Assembly (NCBI RefSeq): GCF_032191835.1
Contig: NC_083236.1
Coordinates: forward strand, 15,996,001-16,060,000
Source: Heteronotia binoei
Taxonomy: Eukaryota
Direction of reading: 5' to 3'
DNA length: 64,000 nt
Below the pieces are notes generated by a model. That model had not been told where the DNA came from, made no database searches, and worked only from the letters and a program-made list of their open reading frames with translations. How positions within the stretch are numbered: the stretch's first letter is position 1; each line of letters begins with the position of its first letter. This document shows positions 1 to 11,967 of the stretch, piece after piece. A program made the position numbers and the translations under genes.

Positions 1-156
1 GTGGTTTTCTTTCTCTTTTATGGTCAGATCCTCATGTTTCAAGTTGGCAATCCAGTCTTAAATTCCAGCTTTCTTTTTTAGGGCTGTCCCCTTTGTTCCA
101 CCTGCCTGTCGGCCCACAGACTGCTAGACTATCCTTAGACAGAACACTGGAGGCAT

Positions 157-383
157 GGGGGAGGGACAGTGGCTCAGTGGTAGAGCATCTGCTTGGGAAG
201 CAGAAGGTCCCAGGTTCAATCCCTGGCATCTCCAAAAAAAGGGTCCAGGCAAATAGGTGTGAAAAACCTCAGCTTGAGAACCTGGAGAGCCGCTGCCAGT
301 CTGAGAAGACAATACTGACTTTGATGGACCAAAGGTCTGGTTCAGTATAAGGCAGCTTCATATGTTCATGTTCATATGTTCTT
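157..383 (+). mobile_element. tRNA-derived SINE with CR1-type 3' tail (Squam2-like, family name tentative)
   Basis: Pol III A box TGGCTCAGTGG 170-180 and B box GGTTCAATCC 213-222 in a tRNA-like head. Body ends ...GATGGACCAAAGGTCTGGTTCAGTATAAGGCAGCTTCATATGTTCATGTTC, resembling the CR1 LINE 3' end. Not a bona fide tRNA because the head continues into SINE body. Confidence 0.8.
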
Positions 384-963
384 ACTCTCAGGAAAGTGTT
401 ATTAGGATGATGCTGAAAATGTCCAAGCTGAACAAGCTAAATGCTTTTCTCTCTTGGGTACCTTAAAGAGATAGTTTATGTGCATGTGGGTCTGGGCAAT
501 TGAAATTTATTCTATATTGGCCTTGTGTGTTGATTGCCTATTTGAGAGTCTGTGGATACAGACAGTAATACTCCCAACATTCCTCTTGCTTCTATGTCTT
601 TCTTGCTCACTGATACTGATCCTGGTATTGCTTTAAATCCATGGTGAGAAGCCCTTCAATTTTCAATATGTATAACAATGCCTTACTAAATGTATGTTGT
701 TGGAAATGGAGTCAGTATTAAGAAGCAAGGCAGAGTTTGAAAGAGTATATGAGTATGCGGGAAAGATAAAGCTGAATAGGACAGGGTTTGAATAAATGTT
801 TGGTCAAGATTAATAATATCAATGAATGTGAAGGAAAGCCTTATCAAAATATAGTTTTGGCGGTATTGTATGTCATAGCATTTATAAAAGTGTTGATCAT
901 GTATTGGGATGATAATGTTTAGGATACCATTGCACCTTGTGTGTTTCTGAGTCATATTTGGAG

Positions 964-1110
964 TATTTATTTTATTTTATTTCATTTAGTAGGCTTATAT
1001 TCCGCCCTTTCCCGTAAACGAGCTCAAGGTGGATCACAACATATAAAATAACAGTAAAAACCTACAGATCTAAGTTAAAACACCACATTAAAATCAAACA
1101 GTAAAAACAA
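964..1110 (-). mobile_element. L2 LINE 3' tail fragment
   Basis: Reverse complement reads GTTGTGATCCACCTTGAGCTCG...GAAAGGGCGGAATATAAG + (AAAT)n, the same tail as the clear L2 at 54541-55286. Inner boundary approximate. Confidence 0.6.
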
Positions 1111-1794
1111 TAACTAAAATGTACCACTGGCAGAAAGGGCACAGCATATCAGGTACCCAGTTATAGGTCCGCATTAAACGATGGTAATAGCAATAAGATA
1201 GCACTGCAGTAGGGTATAAAGGAGGCCAAATGATTTTGTTGCTCAGTCGTAACAAGATATCTATTTCAGAGTTTTGCTGATGGATAATATACTAATTAAA
1301 AGTTTTTTAAAAGTTATACTGATATACAAATTATTGATTTAGAAAAGCTGTCACAGCTTGCTGTAGTTGAGGGCGGAACATGGCATGTAGGTGGAGGAAG
1401 AATGGGGCAGCACTCCACTCAAAGGATCTGTGCCACTGTGAATGAGAACCAGGGAACTGCCCCCATGCTGAAGGGACCTAAGAAGCACAGGTGGCCTTGA
1501 GCAAGCAAGAAAAAAGGTAGCGTGCACATACCATGTTAAAAGTCTTTGTGTAATGCCTGAGCGAATGAATGATGAGCTCTGTGGTTCAACCCAATAAAGA
1601 AACCTGCTGCAGATGTTGATTCCATCCCTTTTCAAAATGTCAAAACAGGCCTACTAGTGTTGATACGTCATTGGAGTGGCAGATGTTCAGCACGTCTGAA
1701 CTTCATGCCTGAGTATATGAAACAGCAGGAAAAGACATATTGTGTGTGTGCCAAGATTAGAATGCATTCAGCTAACATTCAAAATTTTCATGAA

Positions 1795-1950
1795 GGTAGT
1801 CATGTTAGTCTGCTGTAGCAAAGTAAAACAAAACTCAAGTGGCACCTTTAAGACTAACTAAGTTTATTTCAGATGCTTGTTCTGTCTCACAAAGCCTTGT
1901 GCTGGAGCAAACAGTTAGTCTTCAAGATTCCACTTGATTTCTGTTTTACT
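1795..1950. mobile_element. Penelope-like (PLE) pLTR remnants in inverted arrangement
   Basis: GTAGTCATGTTAGTCTG...AGTGGCACCTTTAAGACTAAC followed by the opposite-orientation GTTAGTCTTCAAGATTCCACTTG. Matches the pLTR motif seen at 36369, 41423 and 63748. Confidence 0.55.
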
Positions 1951-2580
1951 TAATATTTAAAATATTAGTCAGATTAAATTATTTGTTATTTAAATGTGTT
2001 TTCTGTGTGTGTAGGATTTCAAATATTTACATATGGCAGTTTTTGCAGTCAGTATCTCAGTCATATTACATGTGGAACATTCCCTCACCCCACACTTTTT
2101 AAATTAAAATAGGAATAAATTATGTTGACCATTGGAAACAGTCTGGTCATAGTAAGTAGTCATGTGACTTTTTCATAGGTATGGTGGGTTAATGTGACCT
2201 GTGAGTCAAATGGAGAATATGCAGAGACATTGGGAACCGTGAACTTTTCCGTTACATCTGGGAATTATGCACAAAAACTTCCAGCATGAAAAGAGACTCT
2301 TATATATCCTAGTTGTGTACATAAAATACATTTATATATTTGAGAGGATTCCATACTGCCTCTTCAGAGTCCTGCTACAGACAGCTTACAATTAAACTGT
2401 CCATATTAGAAACTTTTGACCAGGTAGTATAAGAAAAAACTCCTTATAATTCACCTGCTTGTGCATCACATGGAAACCAGTTACATAAACTAGGCAGCAC
2501 CTGAAATACCCCAGATAACTTGCTACTTTTTAAACTTGCACATTTTTCATGACGCCCCTCACAGTAACTATAATACTTGT

Positions 2581-2862
2581 AGAAGAAGAAGAATTGCAGA
2601 TTTATACCATGCCCTTCTCTCTGAATCAGAGACTCAGAGTGGCTTAAAATCTCCTATATCTTCTCCCCCCACAACAGACACCCTGTGAGGTGGGTGGGGC
2701 TGAGAGGGCTCTCACAGCAGCTGCCCTTTCAAGGACAACCTCTGCCAGAGTTATGGCTGACCCAAGGCCATTCCAGCAGCTGCAAGTGGAGGAGTAGGGA
2801 ATCAAACCTGATTCTCCCAGATAAGAGTCCATGCACTTAACCACTACATCAAACTGGCTCTC
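2581..2862 (-). mobile_element. MIR/Ther1-related tRNA SINE with L2 tail (Squam3-like)
   Basis: Minus strand starts GAGAGCCAGTTTGATGTAGTGGTTAAG (A box), has B box GGTTTGATTCCC and CORE-like CCACCTCACAGGGTGTCTGTTG, and ends in an L2-like tail with (TTC)n. Six copies in the window. Confidence 0.85.
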
Positions 2863-3720
2863 TTATGGTGGGTTAATCTGACCTGTGAGTCAAATGGAGA
2901 ATATGCAGAGACATTGGAAACCATGAACTGTACCAGTCCTTTGTCAAATATCATTGGATCTCCCATGCGTCAATCCTTTGTCAAATATCATTGGACACAT
3001 CCCACCCCCTAGCCATTAAGGAGCAAACAGTTCTTAAAAGCTGGCTTTCAAAGCATGCGCTGGTGCCCATTGGGGAAGGTGGACGGGGGGGGTGGAATAC
3101 TGTGCATACCTAATCTGCAAAACAAAAAAGAAACCTGAACTACCTTTTATCTCACATTATGTTTTTATATACTGAGTTCCTGCTTTGCAAATATGCCATT
3201 AATGCACTGACTGATCAAACCCCAACATACAATGAACTGAATTAATAGCAGGCAGGAAAAGTCCTCACCCATTTCCTCACAACAACAGTCATTCCTCTGC
3301 CTTCTACACCAGAATGGAGCCACCTCAGTAGAAGGAAAGCCTCCTGCCCAAGCAGAGACGAACAGCTTCTCCTTTACTAGGAACAGCAAAAGCAGCACCA
3401 GCAACCAACTATGCTGGGTGAGACCATGCACATCCACCCAGCAGGCTAGCTCCTTATTGGCCAGTGTAAAGGCCTCTTTTGCCCTTCTGAGTCCCTGGTT
3501 GGATGTACGAAGAATCCATCAACCAGACCTGTCCATCTTTCTTTAGCTTCCCCAGGACCCTTCCTCCTCCACTGTCACTATATGACCATGGGTTGTCTCT
3601 GTCCATGGAGCCTATCCTTCCCTGCCTTTCAAAGAAAAACGCTCTGCATGTGACACTTTCTAGAGAGAGATTTGCTTGCTGAATTCTACCAAGACAGGAC
3701 TGGGACCTGTGCCCCCCCCC

Positions 3721-4312
3721 TCATAGAATCATAGAGTTGGAAGGAATCTCCAGGGTCATCTACTCCAACTGCCTGCCCAATGCAGGAACTTCATAAATAC
3801 CTCCCCCCACCACACACACACCAATGACTCCTGCTCCATACCCAGAAGATGGCAAAAAGCCTCCAGGATCCCTGACCACAACGGTCTGGAGAAAACTGCT
3901 TCCTAATCAGCATTTCCTTGGGTGTGTAAAAAAAAAGGCCACAAGAACTGAGCACTGATGCAACCCTTCCTGCCCTCCCTCTCATGATCTGCCTAAATTC
4001 ACAGAATCAGCATTGCTGTCATATGGCCATCTAGCCTCTGTTTGAAAACCTCCCAAGAAGGAGAGCCCACCACCTCACGAGGAAGCCTGCTCCACTGAGC
4101 AATCACTCTCTCAGGAAGTTCTTCCTAATGTTTAGTCAAAAGCTCTTTTGATTTAATTTCAACTTGTTGGTTCTGGTCCAATTTTCTGGAGTAACAGAAA
4201 ACAACTCTGCACCATCCTCTATGTGACAGCCCTTCAAGTACCTGAAGATGAGTATTATATCACCTCTCAGTCATCATCTCCTCTCCAGGCTAAACATCCC
4301 CAACTTCTTCAA
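3721..4312 (-). mobile_element. CR1 LINE 3' fragment
   Basis: Begins TCATAGAATCATAGAGTTGGAAGG, the reverse of the CR1 (ATTCTATG)n terminus, followed by degenerate ORF2 C-terminal sequence. Confidence 0.8.
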
Positions 4313-5337
4313 AATACCCAGCTGGTGGTAAGTAAGAAGCAGCCAGGGGACAGCTAAGCTTAGTGAGACAGTGCCCATCGGATCCAAAGGACCAGCATCC
4401 CCTGGTTCACCTTCCCCATCAAGCTCTAGTCCTAAACTTGTTTGTATCTTCCATTGCTTTTTCCTGCACTGCATTTTGTCTTCCACCCTCTTCTGCTTTT
4501 TTATACCTTCCTGTATCAACTGCTGTCCTCTTTTTGATCATTCATTTGGCAATAACACATAATACACGTATGTATTTCATAACGGGATCCTTTGCAAAGA
4601 AAGTAAAGCATGAGGATATATCTAGCTGAAGTCATTGCTGTTGTAAATAACTTTAACTGTTGCACTGTCCTGAGAAAATAGCAGGGGAAAAAAATCCCTG
4701 ATAAGCATTAGCTTCTTTATATAGTTTCCCACAAAATTATCTTATATACATGGAGCACACATGTTCATAAATTAGAGTGTAAGCACGAAAGTTCATCCCA
4801 GGTGCACCAAAGCTTTTCAGAGATTCTGAAGTTCAACAAAACCCTGTAAGCCTCCCATGGGCATCTGCATGACCACAGCCTAAAATTGGATGCTAGAGGC
4901 GCACAGCTGATTTTATGTTCTTGTGTTCTAAAGCCTGATAACATGAACTACATCAGCAGATCGGGAAGAAATTGATGTGATCAAAATTCCTTTGCATAAT
5001 CAGAAATGAAAAGATTAATTCTATCTGCTTTTCAGAGATGCAGAGATATATGGCACTGTTCAAGTAGAAGGCGTTCAAGTAGAAGTAGAAGACAGTGAGG
5101 GCTGCTGAGTAACTGCTGAGAAATATGACAGAAAACTGCATCAACATGATAACATTTTATGTATGTTCTTTATATGGAGCTGTTTCTCATCAAAGAGAAA
5201 TCAATGTGTATTTTCTTCATTAATAACATTAGACAAAATTCTCCTGAACCTTTTATTGCTGGCCCTTTGGATTTCATTTCCACTATAAAAAAGAATTTGA
5301 ACATGAGGATAAAAATGCAATGGGTAGTTTGTGTCCA

Positions 5338-5379
5338 TGTAATTTCTAGTTGGGACTCTGGGTGTCGCTGTTCACCAAT
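5338..5379 (+). promoter_or_regulatory. Pcdh promoter conserved sequence element (CSE; CTCF-type site), gene 1
   Basis: GGTGTCGCTGTTCACCAAT with CGCT at 5366, 221 bp upstream of the ATG. TGTAATT upstream module 28 bp before the core. An equivalent motif precedes all seven exons. Confidence 0.85.
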
Positions 5380-5586
5380 AATGGAGAAAAATTATCTGAA
5401 AGTCGAGCCAGTTGAGCACTACAGTTCTTGAATACACAAGCACAAAATAGAAAAGAGATCAGACCTGAAGTGATGTTACAGGGAATGAAACAAATACAAC
5501 ATTTATTTTAAAAACAACACAAGGGGGACCTCCTTTTCTGGATTTAGAACCAGAAGAACAAGAATCCCTTACCTTGCTGCAAGGAG

Positions 5587-7977
5587 ATGGGAGAAACACA
5601 GAAGCAACGGAGCAGCATCAACAAAGGAACCCTGCAATATCTAATCACACTCTTTGTGTGGAAGGCAGTTTCCGGGCAGATTAGCTATTCCATTCCTGAA
5701 GAGATGCAGAAAGGCTCCTTTGTGGGGAATATTGCAAAGGATCTAGGACTAGATGGAAAGCATCTCTCAGAACATGGACTCCGGATCATTACCAGGACAG
5801 GTATGATTCAGTATTTTGCTTTGAATTTCAACAGTGGCATTTTACAAACGTCAGAGAGAATAGACAGAGAAGCAATCTGTGGACAGGCAGAGAAGTGCAC
5901 CTTAAATTTTCAGGTTATTATGGAGAAGAAATTAAAGATTTATGGAATAGAAGTGGAAATTTTAGATATTAATGATAATGACCCTCAGTTCCATCCATGG
6001 GAACAGCAACTTGAAATTAGTGAAGCATCTACTTTGGGGTCCCGTTTTGACCTTCCTCAGGCTGAAGACCCAGATCTGGGTATAAATTCGATTCAAAGTT
6101 ATCAACTTACAGGCGGCAGCCATTTTTCTTTGCAAGTCCAAATGGATGAAAATGGCATTAGACACACTGAACTAGTGTTGGATAAATCTCTGGATAGGGA
6201 AGAGAAATCAGTTCATGATCTAATCCTCACAGCTTCTGATGGGGGAGAACCCATGAGATCCGGCACTGCTCAAATCCATGTAATTGTTTTAGATACCAAT
6301 GACAACGCTCCAGTTTTCAGCCAACCTGTCTATGAAACTAGTATCACAGAGAACATTCCTAAAGGATCCACAGTAGTTACAGTAAAAGCAATTGATCTGG
6401 ATGAAGGAATTTATGGGGAGATAAAATATTTATTCTTTAAAATTACAAACAAATTTTCCCAAATATTTCTCCTTAACTCTACAACAGGTGAAATAACTCT
6501 TGGTGGAAACCTGGATTATGAAGAATCTTCCTTATATGAATTTGAGGTACAAGCTAAAGATGGGGGAGGACTCAGTGGTAGATCAAAAGTTGTGATTTTC
6601 GTTGTGGACTTGAATGACCATGCACCTGAATTAGAGGTAACCTATCTCACCAATGACATTTTTGAGGACTCACCAGTTGGAACGGTTGTTGCCATTCTTA
6701 ATGCACAAGATAGCGATTCTGGAAGTAACGGGGACATCACATGCTCCATAGATCCAGACCTCCCTTTTCGGCTGAAAAAATCTATGGATAACTTTTACAG
6801 TTTGGTGACAGACGATGTCCTGGATAGAGAGAAAGTGGCATCCTACAGTATCACCCTCACAGCTGCTGACCATGGGATTCCTCCTCTTTCTACAACCACT
6901 GTAATAGCTGTAAGCCTTTTAGACACAAATGACAACCCTCCCCTCTTTGCAGAATCAGCGTACACATCTTATCTCCTGGAGAATAATTTGAGAGGGGCCT
7001 CCATCTTTTCCTTTAAAGCAGATGATCCAGACTGGGAAGAGAACTCCAGAATAACATATTCCATTATGAGTGGACATGATCAGTTCCCTCTCTCATCTTA
7101 CCTTTCCATTAATTCTGAAACTGGTGTTGTCTATGCATTGAACTCTTTTGATTATGAAGAGCTGCAGGAGATCAACTTCTGGGTCAAGGCCAAAGATGGA
7201 GGCTCCCCTCCACTCAGCTCCAATGTCTCTGTGACTCTCTTAATTTTAGATCAGAATGACAATGCCCCCCAGATATTGTACCCTTCTACTCCCACCGATG
7301 GCTCCACTGGAGTAGAGCTGGCCCCTCACTTTTCTGAGCCTGGATATCTGGTCACTAAGGTGGTGGCAGTGGATGCAGATTCTGGCCAGAATGCTTGGCT
7401 TTCCTATCAGTTACTGAAGGCCACAGAGCCAGGGCTCTTCACCATAGGACTTCATACTGGAGAGATCAGGACAGCCCGTTTCTTCCTGGACAAGGATGCT
7501 CTCAAGCAAAGCCTGGTGGTTTTAGTGAAGGACAATGGGCAGCCCCCTCTGTCTGCCTCAGTCACTGTCACTGTGGTGCTGGCTGACAACATCCCTGATA
7601 TATTGACTGACTTGAGCAGCATCTCAGCTCCTCCAGACCCCCAGTCAGACCTCACCTTCTACCTGGTGGTTGCTGTGGCTTTTGTCTCCTGCTTGTTTTT
7701 CACTTTCCTCCTTGTGTTGCTGGCCATCAGGATGTACAGATGGAGAACTTCACATCTGTGTGATTCTGGGAGTGTAAATTTCAGTGGTGTCCCAGTTTCA
7801 CAGTTTGTGGGGATTGAGGGTGTGAGAGCATTTCTTCACTCTTATTGCCAAGAAGTTTCTCTCACCAGAGATTCTAGGAAAAACCAGTTTAGTAGTCAAC
7901 AACAGACCTGTGACACAAGTGATCCTATTCTAACTTTTGAAGATTTAAATCTTAACAATGGAGACCAAATCATTGAG
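5587..7977 (+). CDS. PCDHGA: Protocadherin gamma A-type variable exon (gene 1): signal peptide, EC1-6, TM, variable cytoplasmic domain
   Basis: 797 codons from ATG to phase-0 donor GAG|GTGAGT. Repeated DxNDN/LDRE/DxG cadherin motifs. Tail FVGIEGVRAFLHSYCQEVSLTRDSRK is typical of gammaA. Symbol is subfamily-level only; paralog number not assignable. Confidence 0.95.
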
Positions 7978-8559
7978 GTGAGTTGATGAATGCAAGTTGA
8001 TTATATTATATCTGTACTTGGTAGTGGTTTCTGACTGGACCTTTTTTTAGTTATTCTGAAAAGCAATGTGGTGTCTCATTGTTTCTGTCCTTTTTCATAG
8101 AGCACTCTGTCGGTTTCGTTTTGGAAATTCATCATTGAAAACTTATTTTATAACGTATATTTATTTTCGTCATTGGCAATTTTCAGATTGGAAGTAATAT
8201 TTTATATGCCTCTTTGTAGCAATTTGGTAGGAGGAAGGGCATAAGAACTGCACATGTAAAATGTATTGAGGCTTTCCTTCATACTGCAGATATGACTTGT
8301 AAACTTCACAAAGGCAAGATTCAAGTCAAGTGCCTCTGATTCTTTGCTTGGTCCCACCAGCTTTTGATATTTTCCAGACATGGTTGAATGTGCTGTTTTA
8401 TGTGTTATGTATTTTAGCTTACTATGCTGGAAGAGAACGTAGTGGAATTTACCATGAGCAGACAAGGGTGGTCAGCAGTTGGGGAAATCATGCTGAGATA
8501 ATTCCCTCCTCAAGAGTTCAGGTGTAGGACTAGATAAAAGGTCATAGTCTGTGAAATCA

Positions 8560-8950
8560 ATGCATGGTCCAAATCAAAATACTCTTGAGTGAAATGAAAC
8601 TCAATCCAGATGGCTGGTGTACTGTTCGTTGATAGTGAAGCCTACTGGGATCTTCAGAGTGAGGACAATGTGCACTTTCCCTTCAAAGGTAGGTTCACAG
8701 CTTGAAGTGGTGCTACAGATCGAAGCACAGATCTTCTATTTAGCTTGCAGAGCCTTTAGCCAGTTTCACATGGCATGGAAGCTGTGATCCCTCCTTGAGA
8801 GGTGATTTCCCCTGTTTGCATACGTTGATTATACAGACTACTACAGAGCAATTTGCTTGGGGCTGCACTTTGAAGACTGTGCAGAAAATTAAGCTTGTTC
8901 AAAATATGGCACCAAGGCTGCTAGCAAGAGTCAGTCACATCATATCAATA
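8560..8950 (+). mobile_element. Old degenerate L2 ORF2 fragment
   Basis: Remnants of the L2 motifs MKLNPD, DY...LGL and LVQN...RLL with frameshifts. Confidence 0.5.
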
Positions 8951-9468
8951 TGAAAAAGGGACACTCTTCTTAGTGCCTCCAGTGGAAGAGTTAAGAAGGA
9001 TGAGAAAATGGGCTTTTTTTCTGTTTTGGTGCCAAGAGTCTGGAACCTCTTGTCCACAGATGAGCACCAAACATGAACTTTGCACTCTTTTAGTTATTTT
9101 TCCAGTCGTGTCTGTAATTGCATCTCTTTCATGATGCTTTCCTGTGTTTGTATTCTTGTTGGCAGATTGCACTTTAGGATTCTGCTTCTCTTGTTATTAT
9201 TTTTATCTCTTAATCATGCACTTTTAAATAATTTAATTCCTATTCTTTCATGTATTTGGCTTCTTGTTCTCGGTACTTTATTCTCTATGTATGCTTCTAT
9301 TGTTTTTAAATGCATTATTATAATATTTTATAGTAGTATTATAGTATTTATAGTAAACACATATGCAATCAAACAAATGGAATGGGAAGTTATTTTATGA
9401 AAGATGGTAAAGCAGAACTTTTAACGACTGAGTCTCCCCAACATGATATTTTTCAGCCCTTTTTGAAG

Positions 9469-9615
9469 TGTAATGTAATGTAATGTAAAATTTTATTTGT
9501 ATCCCGCCCTCCCCCGCTGAAGCAGGCTCAGGGCGGCTAACAACATTTAAGGTGAACAACACAATAATAAAACAATAAATTCATATTAAATTCACATTAA
9601 AACCAATCAATGATT
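9469..9615 (-). mobile_element. L2 3' tail fragment
   Basis: Reverse of GTTAGCCGCCCTGAGCCTGCTTCAGCGGGGGAGGGCGGGATACAAAT with (ATTAC)n tail. Confidence 0.7.
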
Positions 9616-9714
9616 AAAACATTCCTAGTGACAGTTCTGTGTTTTAGAATAGAGTACTGTGACTTTACTTCCCTGTCCATAAAAGTTGGAGTTGGTGAAC
9701 TCTATATCTATAGC

Positions 9715-9848
9715 NNNNNNNNNNNNNNNNNNNNNNNNNNNNNNNNNNNNNNNNNNNNNNNNNNNNNNNNNNNNNNNNNNNNNNNNNNNNNNNNNNNNNN
9801 NNNNNNNNNNNNNNNNNNNNNNNNNNNNNNNNNNNNNNNNNNNNNNNN
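9715..9848. other. Assembly gap (134 N)
   Basis: Run of N. Confidence 1.
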
Positions 9849-9907
9849 TCTTCTAGCCATGAAATTTAACAAAACTTTTCCTATCCCTCATCAGGACTTT
9901 AAACTTT

Positions 9908-10171
9908 GACCAATTCCCCATTAGCCTTGTCCTGGTTTTATGCTCCCCTTCTCCATAGGGCTTCTGTTGGATTTTGCACAAGCTGCTGTGAGGCTGCGAC
10001 TCGCTTTGCCTCTTTCCCACAGCAAGCAGGAACCAGTTTTCAGAGGATCTTGCTTGCTGCAGGAAAGAGGCGGAATGAGTCGCAGCCTCTTGGCAGCTTG
10101 TGCAAAATCAGAGGGAAGCCCTGCAGAGAAGAGGAGTGTGAAACTGGGACAAGGCTAGTGGGGAATCGGTC
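9908..10171. mobile_element. Palindromic MITE with 3-bp TSD (PIF/Harbinger-like)
   Basis: Ends GACCAATTCCCCATTAGCCTTGTCC / GGGACAAGGCTAGTGGGGAATCGGTC. Arms are complementary over ~120 bp. Flanked by TTT on both sides (9905-9907, 10172-10174). Confidence 0.75.
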
Positions 10172-10474
10172 TTTAAGGGGTTTTTTTTTAATTAAACTAT
10201 TTACCATTTCAGACTTCTAATAACTTCAAGGGTTTTTTGCCTAAAAAAGCAAATAAAGATGCATAGAGGTGACAATTGAAAATGTTATTTTTGCAGAATT
10301 AGCCAGCTTCCAACACTACATAACTGAAACAGCACATGGTGCATTATGATACAATACCATATACATTTAATAGGAAATGTTCCATTAAACTCAACTGTTA
10401 ACTTCTTCATTTATGATTGTACAGCATGTCATGTGATATAAAGCTGTAGATGAACATATTTACTGTGTGTCTGA

Positions 10475-10580
10475 GGCGTTTTTTGAGCTCACAGGACTCT
10501 TAGTAAGCTCCAGGAGGATTACCTACATCGGGGGGGTGCGGCCTAATATGCAAAGGAGTTCCTGCTACAAAGAAGCCCTG
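10475..10580. mobile_element. Short hAT-like MITE (degenerate left end)
   Basis: Shares GGCCTAATATGCAAA(G/T)GAGTTCCTGC...AAGCCCTG with the element at 14927-15117. Confidence 0.55.
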
Positions 10581-11047
10581 GTGTTTGGGAGTGAACGAGA
10601 CGGAAGAACAGCTATTCCCCTTGACTCAGTTTCTCACACTACAAGGATTTCAGGGATTTCTCTGCCACAATGACTTTCTTTAAATTCCAGTTCTTTTTGA
10701 ACAATGCTACTTAATAGTATAAAACTTTTCTTCTGATATATGCCAGTTCAAAAATAATCAATAAAACTGCAAATTTCTCAAGCTGTATTTCCACACATGT
10801 ACCTCTGTTCCGAGTGTATTAATTTTAATTTTCTCACATGATCTATTCATTGTCGTTTTTGGAAGCCCTGCTTTGAGTGCCCCTGCCCCCTGAGTCTAGA
10901 CAGGTGGCAGCCTGAGAAGGGGCTTTCTTGGTTGTGGCACCAAAACTTTGGAGCTCCCTTCCCAGGGAGATTCGTCTGTCTACCTCTATTATTGACTTCT
11001 GCCAAGGGGTAAACACTTTTTAAAAAAAAAAAATTGTGTGTGTGCAT

Positions 11048-11231
11048 GCCTGTGCCTGGAAATCATGGTGACTTCTGGCAACTCCTACTGGGCATGGAGG
11101 ATGTTCAGGCAAGTAGCGTGATGTAAGCCTTCCTCTGCCTCCCAGTGCTGGTATTCTTTGGAGCTTCCTCATACAAGTACTTGCCAGGGTTGGCCCAGTT
11201 TCGCTTCTAAGATCTAACAGGATTGGGCTAA
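11048..11231 (-). mobile_element. 5S rRNA-derived SINE with RTE/BovB-type tail (5S-Sauria-like)
   Basis: Minus strand CCCAATCCTGTTAGATCTTAGAAGCGAAACTGGGCCAACCCTGGCAAGTACTTGTATGAGGAAGC...AAGAATACCAG aligns by eye to the 5S internal control region. A BovB-like tail follows. Confidence 0.65.
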
Positions 11232-11702
11232 CAGTTGAAGACTTTTTGTTTGTTTGTTTGACATACCCCCAATAACAGTTACTGGCACTCCTTTCTGGTT
11301 TTGCTCTTGTGTGTATTTATATGTATTTATAGAGTTATTTTATATATCCTTTATTGTAAATATTTTAATGTTGAAATGTTTTAATATTTGGATGCTCACC
11401 ACCTGGTGATTTTGATGGAAACACAGCACTGAAAATGTTTTAAATGTTTTAAATAAATAAGTATTCCTAATAGAAACACCATTCATCGGAATGACATTTG
11501 AAAACTTCAAGTGGTTCACTCTGTGCATTGCAACCAATATACTAGCAAGGTGACTTAAACTAGAATGAAAACGTACGGAGGGAAATAAGCCTGTAGATCT
11601 GTTTTAATACAACCAGAAATAGCCATTAGGGAATCTACATCCTGAAAATTTGTCCATTTGGGCAATATATATTAAACAGCTTGAAAAGAAAAAGCAGGGA
11701 AA

Positions 11703-11744
11703 TGCTATTCTCCCAATGAACTCAAAGTGTCGCTGTTGGACAAA
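11703..11744 (+). promoter_or_regulatory. CSE/CTCF-type site, gene 2
   Basis: AGTGTCGCTGTTGGACAA with CGCT at 11731. TGCTATT module 28 bp upstream. 237 bp before the inferred ATG. Confidence 0.85.
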
Positions 11745-11967
11745 GATGAGAATAATACTGGATCAGCAGCTTAGGTTCCTGCAGCATTCATCTGTTATAC
11801 AGAAGAAAAGGGAGGACGAAGATTGCTTTATTTTAAAAGCTCCTCCAGAACTGAAATCATCTTCACATCTCAGGGACTATCAGGTAAAGAGAACTACATT
11901 TCAAATATCTTACTGCAAAGGGATGGAATGTTTGCAAATGCTAGAATCTGGAAAGGAAGCACAGAAA

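Noticed and set aside
157-235. tRNA gene
   Set aside because: The tRNA-like head has A/B boxes but runs straight into a SINE body and CR1-like tail, so it is a SINE rather than a tRNA.
1349-1650. Possible solo LTRs at ~1349-1650, ~29160-29430 and ~43645-43893
   Set aside because: TG starts or AATAAA signals are present, but I could not find matching ends with a TSD.
11650-11967. 106-aa N-terminal extension of gene 2 in the ORF track
   Set aside because: It starts at a TTG upstream of the CSE, so it lies outside the likely transcript. The signal peptide aligns from 11968.
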